DNA of 64,000 nucleotides from Patescibacteria group bacterium (GTDB taxonomy: Bacteria > Patescibacteriota > UBA1384 > JBAYJO01), in the NCBI GenBank assembly GCA_041665085.1, contig JBAYJO010000002.1, positions 83,413 to 147,412 of the forward strand, read 5' to 3'. Position 1 is the stretch's first letter, and each line of letters opens with the position of its first letter. Below, piece after piece: positions 1-8,113 of this stretch. The translations under genes were made by a program, and so were the position numbers. The notes beneath the pieces were generated by a model, which was not told the DNA's origin, did no database searches, and saw only the letters and a program-made list of their open reading frames with translations.

Positions 1-685
1 AATCGAAGATCATTTTGATTATAATTTTGAGCTCGAAATGAGGCTGTCTGAAAGTGGTAAAGACGAGGAGTTAAAACAGATTCGCGCCATATCTGATATG
101 TGCAAATTTGTCTATGTTCGTCAAAAAGAACAAAAAGGGACAGGACACGCGATACTTTGCGCTAAAGATGTGGTCGGAAATGAACCTTTTGTAGTTCTTT
201 GGGGAGATGATTTTTTCTACACAAAAGGAAAAGTGCATTGTCAGCAACTGATTGATGTATACAATAAAAATGGCGGATCTGTCCTGTCGGTTGTAGAACG
301 AGCAGAAAAAGAAGATAGTTATAAATACGGCTTTATTAAACACGGCGAACAAAAAGATGATATAATAAAAGTCGAGGCATTAGTGGAAAAACCCGGTCCG
401 GAAGCTCAACCATCAAAACTCGCGACCATGTCCGGATTTCTGCTTTCTCCTCAAATTTTTGATATTTTGGAAAAACAAGAACCGGGAAAAGGGGGCGAAA
501 TCTGGCTTTCGGATGCTATAAATCGTCTCTGTCAAATTGATGATGTTTTTGCAAAAAAAATTGACGGTAAGCATTATGATTGCGGCAATAAGCTAAGCTA
601 TGTAATTGCAAATATCGAAATGGCTTTAGAAAGAGAAGAATTTAACGGAAAATTGGTGAATTATTTAAAATCATTGCAAAATTAA
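1..685 (+). CDS. galU: UTP--glucose-1-phosphate uridylyltransferase, 5' end outside window (partial)
   Basis: ORF 38..685 stays open in the same frame back to position 2. Motifs KGTGHAILCA, VVLWGDD and C-terminal EIWLSDAI...YDCGNKLSY are typical of GalU. The N-terminal GxGTRxLP region is missing, so the gene is truncated by the window edge. Confidence 0.7.
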   Translation, partial: IEDHFDYNFELEMRLSESGKDEELKQIRAISDMCKFVYVRQKEQKGTGHAILCAKDVVGNEPFVVLWGDDFFYTKGKVHCQQLIDVYNKNGGSVLSVVERAEKEDSYKYGFIKHGEQKDDIIKVEALVEKPGPEAQPSKLATMSGFLLSPQIFDILEKQEPGKGGEIWLSDAINRLCQIDDVFAKKIDGKHYDCGNKLSYVIANIEMALEREEFNGKLVNYLKSLQN

Positions 686-694
686 CAAATTAAT

Positions 695-778
695 TGAAGC
701 GTCCGCCTTCGCTTCGCCTTCGGCGAGCTACGGCGAGACTTCCTGTTCTCCGCTTCGCGGAAACAGGAGCGGAGGGAT
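695..778. repeat. GC-rich hairpin-containing repeat upstream of the lipoprotein gene
   Basis: About 60% GC in an AT-rich background. Stem TCCTGTT..AACAGGA, and the string 'gaagcgtccgc' is shared with the repeat array at 3919-3930. It ends in 'aggagcggaggg' just before the ATG. Confidence 0.4.
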
Positions 779-2134
779 ATGAAAAAATTAATTTATTCAG
801 GTTTAGCACTAGTAGCGATTATAGGATCGGGTTTACTACTTAGCGGATGCGGATCGACAACTACAACCACGACTCAAACTCCGACTATTTCAATGACAAG
901 ACCAACTGGAGATGAAGATTTTTTTAAAGGAGTTATCGCTGGTTTTAAAGAAAGTAATAGTAGTGCCACTATAAATTACAAAGAAGTTCCATTTGAAGAC
1001 TACGAACTTAACACTCTTAACACGCTGGCTGCTCAAACCGGTCCTGATATTTGGACAATTAGAAATGACTGGGTAAGCAAGCATTACGATAAATTATTGC
1101 CAATACCTGATTCTTTTTTCAAGGTTGATAAAAATGACAAATCAACAGCGGTAGATTATTTTAAGGCAAATTTCGGTGAAAATGTTGCGAATGATGTAAT
1201 TGTAAATAATAAAGTTTATGGCATCCCGCTGGCAATGGACACAATGGTAATTTATTACAACTCAAAGTTAATCAATGAAGCGATTGATGCTTACAATACG
1301 GTTGCCGATGAAAATAAAACTGAAGGAATTGATGGTATTCCTCAAACTTGGGATAGTTTTTTAAATTTTGTACCATACGCAACAAAAAGAGACGGCAGTA
1401 ATATTACCCAAGCCGGTATTGCAATGGGAACGGCAAATAATGTCAATCGAGCAACTGATATTTTATATCTTTTAATGCTTCAAAATGGCGCTCAAATGGT
1501 TTCGCCGGACAATCTAACAGCAACATTTAATTTAGACACAAAAACATCAGCTGGCGGATCAGCCAACCCCGGTCTTTCGGCGCTTGATTTTTATACCAGC
1601 TTTAGCAATAGTTCAAAACCAAATTATTCATGGAATAGCTCAATGCCGGATTCAATCCAGGCATTTGTTGACGGTAAGGTAGCGATGATTTTTGGATATG
1701 GTTATATGGCAAACACAATCAAACAGCTAGCTCCGGATCTTAACTACAAAACTGCAAAAGTACCGCAAATTTCAAAAACAGCAGAGCCGGTTAATTTTGC
1801 CAGCTACTGGGTAGAAACAGTTACCAAAAGCAGCAAAGGAAGTTCTCTGGTTTTTCAATTTTTAAAAAGCTATGCTAATAAAAATACAAGTGCTGATTAC
1901 GCAACCCTAAAAAACTCTTCTAATGCATACATGCAAAATTATGACAAAACAGACGAAAATCCAAAAAATTCTCAACCTGCCAATGTAAAAACATTTAACA
2001 AAGGCAAACAACCGGAAAAATTTGACTCATTAATTGTTGATATGATTTCAAATGCAACAAGTGGAACAAGCCACCAAAAAACACTTGATGAAACAGCAAC
2101 AAAAATTACAAATCTTTTAAGAGAAAAAGAATGA
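779..2134 (+). CDS. lipoprotein, extracellular solute-binding protein family (sugar ABC-type SBP-like)
   Basis: Signal peptide with lipobox LLLSGC, followed by a Thr-rich linker. The overall pattern is SBP_bac_1-like. No permease genes are adjacent. Confidence 0.5.
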   Translation: MKKLIYSGLALVAIIGSGLLLSGCGSTTTTTTQTPTISMTRPTGDEDFFKGVIAGFKESNSSATINYKEVPFEDYELNTLNTLAAQTGPDIWTIRNDWVSKHYDKLLPIPDSFFKVDKNDKSTAVDYFKANFGENVANDVIVNNKVYGIPLAMDTMVIYYNSKLINEAIDAYNTVADENKTEGIDGIPQTWDSFLNFVPYATKRDGSNITQAGIAMGTANNVNRATDILYLLMLQNGAQMVSPDNLTATFNLDTKTSAGGSANPGLSALDFYTSFSNSSKPNYSWNSSMPDSIQAFVDGKVAMIFGYGYMANTIKQLAPDLNYKTAKVPQISKTAEPVNFASYWVETVTKSSKGSSLVFQFLKSYANKNTSADYATLKNSSNAYMQNYDKTDENPKNSQPANVKTFNKGKQPEKFDSLIVDMISNATSGTSHQKTLDETATKITNLLREKE

Positions 2135-2409
2135 TTGGAAAAGTTTTTGCCGCCAATACAATTAATACCCAGTTCGGCAATGTTACAACTGTTCCGGAAT
2201 ACATTGCAGCTATTTACAGCTGGATACTTGGTTTTGGAGTAAGCATTGCAGTTGTCTGGATTATTGTTTCGGGATATATTTTAATGACCAGCCAAGGCAG
2301 TCCGGATGCAGTCAGCAATGCCAAAAAAAATATTATCGAGTCTTTGTCTGGTATTGCCCTTTTATTTTTAGCAAAATTAGTAATCGATAGCATATGGAAA
2401 CCATTTTAA
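2131..2409 (+). CDS. TrbC/VirB2-like T4SS pilin family protein (paralog 1 of 6)
   Basis: ATGA overlap with the upstream stop. Two hydrophobic helices are separated by a conserved loop G-S-P-D...AKK. The second helix starts with I..SLSGI, like its paralogs. Confidence 0.5.
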   Translation: MIGKVFAANTINTQFGNVTTVPEYIAAIYSWILGFGVSIAVVWIIVSGYILMTSQGSPDAVSNAKKNIIESLSGIALLFLAKLVIDSIWKPF

Positions 2410-2729
2410 ATTTTATAAAACTTAGTATTCCCCGAGCAATGGCCAGCGCTGCAACTGAAATTAACATTTCTTCTCCCGGCAAATGGACCACGGCTGAAGC
2501 ACTTATAAATGATATTTTTAGATATTTCACTCTGATCGCGGCATCAACATGTTTTATAATATTTGCAATCGGCGGGCTGCATTACATCTACAGCACAGGG
2601 AGTCCAGATCAAGTAAATAAAGCAAAAGATACAATGATCTGGTCAGCAATCGGATTTTTCGTTTTTGTTGCCGGATACGCAATTGTAAGATTAGTAGGAG
2701 GGTGGTTCGGATATGACAAAATTTTTTAA
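2394..2729 (+). CDS. TrbC/VirB2-like T4SS pilin family protein (paralog 2)
   Basis: Motif TGSPDQVNKAKDTMIWSAIGF lies between two TM helices. It overlaps its neighbours by 16-17 nt. Confidence 0.55.
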   Translation: METILNFIKLSIPRAMASAATEINISSPGKWTTAEALINDIFRYFTLIAASTCFIIFAIGGLHYIYSTGSPDQVNKAKDTMIWSAIGFFVFVAGYAIVRLVGGWFGYDKIF

Positions 2730-3048
2730 AAAAATAGTAAATAAAATTAATCCTAGAAATGTTTTGTATGCCTTGATTATTCCGGAAAGCTGGAAAACCA
2801 GTGCACCGATTAATCTTAGCGATTTAAATGATTTTGTTTCCGGCACAATTGTCGGCCTGGCTTTAAATTTAGCTGGCTTTGTAGCATTATTTTTTGTTTT
2901 TTTAGGTGGGTATATGTGGATAACTTCAAGCGGAGACACCGGAAAAATCGAACAGGGCAAAAAAACTTTAATTTACGCGCTAGCCGGTTTTGTTTTGGTT
3001 CTTGTTTCAGGTTCGCTTGTTAAAATTGTGGTTAATTTATTAACATAA
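2713..3048 (+). CDS. TrbC/VirB2-like T4SS pilin family protein (paralog 3)
   Basis: Motif SSGDTGKIEQGKKTLIYALAGF lies between two TM helices. Confidence 0.55.
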   Translation: MTKFFKKIVNKINPRNVLYALIIPESWKTSAPINLSDLNDFVSGTIVGLALNLAGFVALFFVFLGGYMWITSSGDTGKIEQGKKTLIYALAGFVLVLVSGSLVKIVVNLLT

Positions 3049-3122
3049 CTTTAAAAAAACTGTAAAATAATAATATAGATTGAAAAAAATAAAGGGTCGA
3101 TGAAAATTAAGAAAGGAGAGAT

Positions 3123-3518
3123 ATGAAATTAAGCAAACCGATAAAAATATTATTGACTGTATTGCCACTAATGATTGCTGCTTTAGTAATGTTCACACCT
3201 GTTGGATCATTGGCAGCTATAAGCGAACCTTATAAAGATACGACAAAATTAAATAACGTTGAAAACATTATCAGTTTTATATTAAAAGTTGTGATCACTA
3301 TTGCTGCGGTTGTGGTTTTTGTATTATTTGCTGTTGCCGGCATCACATATGTAACTGGTGCTGGTAATGAAGAACAAACCGGAAAAGCCAAGAAGATGAT
3401 GATTGATGCAGCAATTGGACTTGCAATTACGGTAGCCGCTTATGCACTAGGTAAATACGTTATTGTTCTTATTGTTGGAAAAGACGCAACAAGTAGCATT
3501 TCTAGTGTGACTTTCTAA
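3123..3518 (+). CDS. TrbC/VirB2-like T4SS pilin family protein (paralog 4)
   Basis: SD aaaggagag precedes the ATG. Signal peptide (..GSLAA), then a TM helix, loop GAGNEEQTGKAKKMMIDAAIGL, and a second TM helix. Confidence 0.6.
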   Translation: MKLSKPIKILLTVLPLMIAALVMFTPVGSLAAISEPYKDTTKLNNVENIISFILKVVITIAAVVVFVLFAVAGITYVTGAGNEEQTGKAKKMMIDAAIGLAITVAAYALGKYVIVLIVGKDATSSISSVTF

Positions 3519-3534
3519 AAACAGAGAAAAATAA

Positions 3535-3906
3535 ATGGAAGCCATTTTAAAGATTATTTTGAAATTCAGTGATATTTCTAAAGCTTTTGCTTATGATTTG
3601 AGCAATAACCCGGTTTTAAACACGGTGAATGGTTATGCCACAAATACTCCGAGCTCAATTACAGAATATATAAACAAAGCTTTAGAGATTATCATGATTA
3701 TTGGAACAACAGGTGTCTTTATTATGGCTTCCGTTGGCGCTTTTATCTTTTTAAATAGTGCGGGAGATCCTGAAGTTGCTAAAAAAGGTCAAAACACGAT
3801 GATAAATGCCGGCATAGGATTTGCTTTGCTTGTTGCAACATATGCAATCGTAGTTTGGTATCTGAAAATCACAACCGGCGCCAGTACAATTAATATTAAT
3901 ATTTAG
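3535..3906 (+). CDS. TrbC/VirB2-like T4SS pilin family protein (paralog 5)
   Basis: N-terminus MEAIL.. resembles paralog 2 (METIL..). Motif SAGDPEVAKKGQNTMINAGIGF lies between two TM helices. Confidence 0.55.
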   Translation: MEAILKIILKFSDISKAFAYDLSNNPVLNTVNGYATNTPSSITEYINKALEIIMIIGTTGVFIMASVGAFIFLNSAGDPEVAKKGQNTMINAGIGFALLVATYAIVVWYLKITTGASTININI

Positions 3907-4250
3907 TTGCTGTCATCGCGAAGCGTCCGCGCTGTGGCGATCTACATCCTGTCATCGCGAGGTCATCCGCGGCGATCTATGAAAAGATTGCGGAGCCTGT
4001 CCCGAAGTATTGAGGGATCTCGACTTCTCGTAATGACAAAGTAGAATACATTCGCAATGACAGATGGATCTGACTCCTCGAACGACAGTATTTTATCATT
4101 CCAGACTCGATCCAATATATTCCACCTTGTCATTCCAGACTGAAAGCGAAGCGCTTCAGATCTGGAATCCAGTACTATTTGATTATTATTTACTCTGGAT
4201 CCCAGCCTGCGCTGGGATGACAAAATGAAAAAGCTGGAATGACGGAGAAA
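3907..4250. repeat. Composite array of GC-rich hairpin repeats (GTCATYCCAG..CTGGRATGAC family and the 'tcatcgcgaggtcatccgcggcgatcta' subfamily)
   Basis: Multiple hairpins: 3912-3945, 3951-3980, 4128-4173 (ATTCCAGA..TCTGGAAT with a nested stem) and 4193-4221 (ATCCCAGC-ctgc-GCTGGGAT). The same units recur at 5611, 37217, 41237, 47614, 51217, 57198, 59836 and 62841. Confidence 0.7.
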
Positions 4251-4252
4251 AA

Positions 4253-4621
4253 ATGATGAAAATTTTAAAAAAAATTATTTTGCCAATTTACTCAATTATT
4301 TTTTTGTTTGCATTATTTATTCCAAATACTTCTCATGCATTAATCAAACTTCAAGATCCGATTAAAAATGCTTTCGGCTCATCAAAAGTACATACAACAG
4401 ATGATGCCATAAACATGGTTCTTTCGATTCTATTTTATTTGGGGGCAATTTCTGTTTTTATATATGGAGCGATCGGTGGTATAATGTATTTTTTTGCAGT
4501 TGGAAACCAAGATCAAGCCAAAAAAGCGCAGGCAATGATTTATTACGCAGCAATCGGTTTTGTAATGTTGGTATCTGCTTATGCTCTTGCCGAATGGGCA
4601 ATTAATTATGTGCTAAGTTAA
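4253..4621 (+). CDS. TrbC/VirB2-like T4SS pilin family protein (paralog 6)
   Basis: Signal peptide, then a TM helix, loop VGNQDQAKKAQAMIYYAAIGF, and a second TM helix. Confidence 0.55.
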   Translation: MMKILKKIILPIYSIIFLFALFIPNTSHALIKLQDPIKNAFGSSKVHTTDDAINMVLSILFYLGAISVFIYGAIGGIMYFFAVGNQDQAKKAQAMIYYAAIGFVMLVSAYALAEWAINYVLS

Positions 4622-4644
4622 AATATTATTTGATAGAAATGTTA

Positions 4645-4678
4645 AAGGGCAGCTCGCAAGCGAGCCGCCCTTTGGTAT
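4645..4678. terminator. Bidirectional rho-independent terminator between convergent genes
   Basis: GC stem aagggcagctcg-caag-cgagccgccctt followed by TTT on the plus strand. On the minus strand the same hairpin is followed by T-rich sequence. Confidence 0.5.
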
Positions 4679-4688
4679 GTCATGCCAC

Positions 4689-6482
4689 CTATTCAGCGAC
4701 ATCTTTGATGGGGATAAAGATCATCCCCGCCGCCACATCTGTGGCGGTGCCCGACCAGTAAGCGTACTTACCGATCGGGTAGTTCTGCCCGCCAATCTCG
4801 GGGCTTACCCCATATTGACTGGCGACAGTTGCGTTCTGGTTGAATGCAACCACCTTAACCCGACCGATCAAGCGGCCTAAACTGCCACTCTCAAGGGACG
4901 AGTCTCTATTTGAGTAGACAGCCAGAACCTGCCCGATCTGGGCATTTCGTACTCCACGAAGGAGGACGAAACTGTCGGTTTTGGCCGCTACCGGCACCTG
5001 TTTGGGCAGTCTGCTGTAGGCCTTCTTCAGGCCATCGGCAGCACTGGCCGCCCAGAATCGCCAAGCCTTATCTGTGGTGACCTGTTCGAAGTCACCGCCA
5101 GTGCCAATCGACACCTCGACACCGGGGATGCGCACATTGGTCTCCGATCCGGAGACAACCTCTTCACTGTACCCAGTAGCGCTTACTGGCTCAACCGCCA
5201 GTTCGCGATAACTGGTTGCGGAAACTGTACCCGTCACGCGGGCATAGAATTTCCGCACTCTGCGCGAGCCAGCGGTTTCGATCCTCTCAATACCACCAGC
5301 TATGCCGGATTCGGAATAGCCATCAACACACGATGCATTGACGGTTATTTCGCCGGTGGCGCCGAAGTACTTATCGTATTCCGGACGAGTGGCAGGATCA
5401 ACACCTTCGAGCTCTTGCTCGGCTCTGGCACGATCATATCGCTCATCGCGAGCAACGATCGTTATGCCCGAGCCTTTGAGCCCGTCATTGATCCAACCAG
5501 CCAGCTCGGCTGCTCCGCCGGTGAACTCTCTTCCTTCCATCTGATTGATGACAAGCACCAACCTGACTTCGGGAATTGCGGGTTTCTGTAGGGCAGTTGC
5601 AGAATTGCTCTGGATCCCAGCCTGCGCTGGGATGACAGAAGGGTCGATTGAGACTGTCGGAGGTGCCGGAAGATTAATCTCCGGCGGATTCTCCGTCAGC
5701 CTTTTGTCAAGATGGCCAATCCGATCCACGAAACGTGGGTGATCGGCGGCGATTTCTCCAAGCTTAGAAATCTCGCCCTCGCTCTCACTCAACAGTTTTA
5801 ACGAGCGTGCCATCGCCTTCGGATCACGGCCAGTGACAGCAAGAGATTCAAGACCGAATTGATCGGCCTGAAGCTCCTGCGTTCGGCTATACTTTGCACT
5901 TCTTACCATACTAAGCACGCCGGCCGCAACCTGAATAGTCTGGTTGGCCTCGGTTCCTCCGAGGATAGTGGACAGAAGAACATTGGAAGCCAATGCATCT
6001 GACCACGCTTTCTTAGAGTCGCCGTTTTGGATGTGGCCACATTCGTGGCCAACAACACCGGCAACATCATCCTGCCACCCAAGCGGGTCTTTCGACTTAA
6101 AGAACTCAATCAACCCTTCGGTCACAAAGATGTGTCCGCCTTGCGTGCCTGGCACGCAAAAAGCGTTCAGCACAGCCTTGCTGGCCTCGTCCCTCTGGTC
6201 TACAACCAGAATTTTGGGAACATCGGCCATTTTCTTTGCTTGAGCAATCGACGAAACGACCGCGTCTAGCATCGGATCGGAATTGGTGCGGTATTCACTC
6301 CGCACCTTAAGTGCCATGTCATCGCCGGCTAGGGCGACATTCTTGGCAGTAGGGCGATTTACGATCGCAGTCAGAGCCCCATTTAGGATGGCTCTTTTCC
6401 ACGAGTCGCTGTCTGCGTTTGCCACAGAAGCAAAAACAGACATCACAACTACCAGAGCTACTAGCGAAACAAAGCGTTTCAT
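4689..6482 (-). CDS. Secreted M48-family zinc metallopeptidase (HExxH = HECGH) fused to a C-terminal CsgG/LpoB-like domain; GC-rich foreign gene
   Basis: Signal peptide MKRFVSLVALVVVMSVFASVANA. VVGHECGHIQNGD is an M48 signature. The C-terminal half (LVLVINQMEGREFTGGAAELAGWINDGL...IVARDERYDRARAEQELEG) resembles CsgG-like lipoprotein domains. GC is about 57% against about 33% in surrounding DNA. A strong SD (aggagagg) lies upstream. Hairpin repeat 5611-5637 sits in-frame at the domain junction. Confidence 0.6.
   Translation of the reverse strand: MKRFVSLVALVVVMSVFASVANADSDSWKRAILNGALTAIVNRPTAKNVALAGDDMALKVRSEYRTNSDPMLDAVVSSIAQAKKMADVPKILVVDQRDEASKAVLNAFCVPGTQGGHIFVTEGLIEFFKSKDPLGWQDDVAGVVGHECGHIQNGDSKKAWSDALASNVLLSTILGGTEANQTIQVAAGVLSMVRSAKYSRTQELQADQFGLESLAVTGRDPKAMARSLKLLSESEGEISKLGEIAADHPRFVDRIGHLDKRLTENPPEINLPAPPTVSIDPSVIPAQAGIQSNSATALQKPAIPEVRLVLVINQMEGREFTGGAAELAGWINDGLKGSGITIVARDERYDRARAEQELEGVDPATRPEYDKYFGATGEITVNASCVDGYSESGIAGGIERIETAGSRRVRKFYARVTGTVSATSYRELAVEPVSATGYSEEVVSGSETNVRIPGVEVSIGTGGDFEQVTTDKAWRFWAASAADGLKKAYSRLPKQVPVAAKTDSFVLLRGVRNAQIGQVLAVYSNRDSSLESGSLGRLIGRVKVVAFNQNATVASQYGVSPEIGGQNYPIGKYAYWSGTATDVAAGMIFIPIKDVAE
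5611..5637. repeat. Hairpin repeat copy (ATCCCAGC-ctgc-GCTGGGAT) embedded in-frame within the CDS
   Basis: Identical to the units at 4193-4221 and 37217-37245. It encodes VIPAQAGIQ in the linker between the M48 and CsgG-like domains. Confidence 0.7.
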
Positions 6483-6631
6483 GATGTCCTCTCCTTTGAT
6501 ATTGAAATGTTAAGCCGCTAAGTTCGCGGCTTTCCGCTTTACTTATTACCCGTTACTATAGCATAAAAAGCCGCTTTTGTCAAGTTTGGTTAGGTAAAAA
6601 AAGTAGAATAACTAAAATATAGTAAAGGACT

Positions 6632-6650
6632 GTCCTTTACAATATTTTAG
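6632..6650 (-). terminator. Putative terminator hairpin for gene 6662..8113
   Basis: Perfect 9-bp stem GTAAAGGAC-tg-GTCCTTTAC. It is followed by a T-run on the minus strand, just after the stop at 6662. Confidence 0.4.
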
Positions 6651-6661
6651 TATATTTTAGT

Positions 6662-8113
6662 TTATTTTTTTATTTTATAGATCACGGCCAAGTCATCGCT
6701 GTAGATTTCTTGCCAATTGGAATTATTTTTAAGATATTCAACCAATTTATCATCTCTATCTTTATTTAATAGAAATAAATTAATATTATACTTTTTAATT
6801 AAATCTTCTCTTTTGTCAGCTTTTTTAACAATCGCACCATACCCGTCTCTGGCAAAATAATTATTTTTTTCAAACCAAGCTGACATCCGTCCATCAATAA
6901 ACACTTTTTCTTCCGGTAAATAATAAATTAAATATCCGCCCCAACCATAATTGTTAAATATTCTGTCATCTTGCATGCGATTTTGCCTGATAAAATCTAC
7001 CGCCTTATTTGGAAAGACAAAATTCATAGATGAAGCAAAAGATACCAACAGGAGAAAAATTATAATTTGAGCGAAAACCACCCATATAATTATTCTTTTT
7101 TTAAAGTTTTCAACAATACTAAATCCGGGCGATTCACTAAATTTATCCCATGCCAGCATTAAAATATATGGCGATAAAACTAAAAAAATCGGGGCAAATT
7201 TTTGCACTATAAGAGATAAGAAGGAGATGTAGACAACTGACGCCCATTCAAAAGGCAGTTTTTTAAAAACAACGATTGATAAAGACAAAACAATGACATA
7301 AGGAAAAACAAAGATAAATTCAGACTGGGGAAGCCATTCGCCAATTCCAGCAAGCGGGGACATAAAAGTATAAAAAACTTCGCGGAAAAGGTGGATTCCG
7401 TAAGGATTTATCAAAGTTGCAAGAAAAGAAAGTAGAAAAAATAAGCTAAATATAAATTTTTCTTTATTATTAAAAACCGAGTAATAGATATATTTTTTAA
7501 GAAAAAATTTTCCTTGGAATATTTTAATAAAAACCAGATAGAAAAAAATTGCCAAACCTACAAAAAACCCACCGTGTAAATTTGCCCAGAGAACGAAAAT
7601 AAATGGAATTGGAATTAAATAACGAATTTTCTTGAATTTGATATATCTGATTAGCAGGCTAAAAACAAGGGCTGTATTAAAAAAAGTAAAAGTTTGAGGT
7701 CTAAATCCCCAGAGATAAAGATTCAGATAAAGCGCCATAAAAATTATGAAACGCCAATATTTTTTAATATGTTTTTTCTCAAGAGGGATTAAAACGGCAG
7801 AAGTAGCTAAAATTGAGCTTAAAAGAACTAAAAACCAATGACCAATATGATTTTGTACCTCATACATAAAAACACCTGAAAGCCACTCATGAAAAACCCA
7901 AGGATATGACGACATGGTATATGACCAAATATCCGCGTGAGGTATAGTGTGATTTTGAACAATCCACTCCCCTCCTTTGACGATCCAAAAAAAATCTGTT
8001 TCTACCCTGTTAAAATTCGTGATAAATAAAGTAAGAGTTAGAACAAAAAATAACCCGATCACAAATAGGTTATTTTTTAATTTACTCTGTTTATTCACTA
8101 ATAACCCTTTCAA
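6662..8113 (-). CDS. Polytopic integral membrane protein, putative ArnT/PMT-like (GT39/GT83-type) glycosyltransferase
   Basis: About 12 predicted TM segments and a very hydrophobic composition. Its start overlaps the pilB stop by 23 nt. Confidence 0.35.
   Translation of the reverse strand: MKGLLVNKQSKLKNNLFVIGLFFVLTLTLFITNFNRVETDFFWIVKGGEWIVQNHTIPHADIWSYTMSSYPWVFHEWLSGVFMYEVQNHIGHWFLVLLSSILATSAVLIPLEKKHIKKYWRFIIFMALYLNLYLWGFRPQTFTFFNTALVFSLLIRYIKFKKIRYLIPIPFIFVLWANLHGGFFVGLAIFFYLVFIKIFQGKFFLKKYIYYSVFNNKEKFIFSLFFLLSFLATLINPYGIHLFREVFYTFMSPLAGIGEWLPQSEFIFVFPYVIVLSLSIVVFKKLPFEWASVVYISFLSLIVQKFAPIFLVLSPYILMLAWDKFSESPGFSIVENFKKRIIIWVVFAQIIIFLLLVSFASSMNFVFPNKAVDFIRQNRMQDDRIFNNYGWGGYLIYYLPEEKVFIDGRMSAWFEKNNYFARDGYGAIVKKADKREDLIKKYNINLFLLNKDRDDKLVEYLKNNSNWQEIYSDDLAVIYKIKK

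Noticed and set aside
71-352. Many short antisense or overlapping ORFs in the six-frame track (for example 71..352, 890..1084, 5338..5742, 12576..13129, 16448..21339 internal ORFs, 40591..40798, 56159..57077).
   Set aside because: They lie entirely inside, and antisense to or out of frame with, long well-supported genes. They have no RBS or conserved motifs and reflect AT-rich stop-poor frames. Treated as spurious.
3907-4250. CRISPR array or integron attC interpretation of the hairpin repeats.
   Set aside because: Units are irregularly spaced with no unique spacers of fixed length and no cas genes. Flanking genes are in mixed orientations and no intI is present, so neither a CRISPR nor an integron cassette array fits. 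Treated as a REP/MITE-like repeat family.
2131-4621. Small two-TM proteins interpreted as holins or class II bacteriocins.
   Set aside because: The conserved inter-helix loop with an AK(K) motif, the signal peptides and the six-fold paralogy fit TrbC/VirB2-type pilins better. No lysin or immunity genes are adjacent.
6662-8113. PilC platform protein adjacent to pilB.
   Set aside because: The protein is far too hydrophobic, with about 12 TM helices, and lacks the paired cytoplasmic GspF domains. A GT39/ArnT-like membrane glycosyltransferase is more likely.
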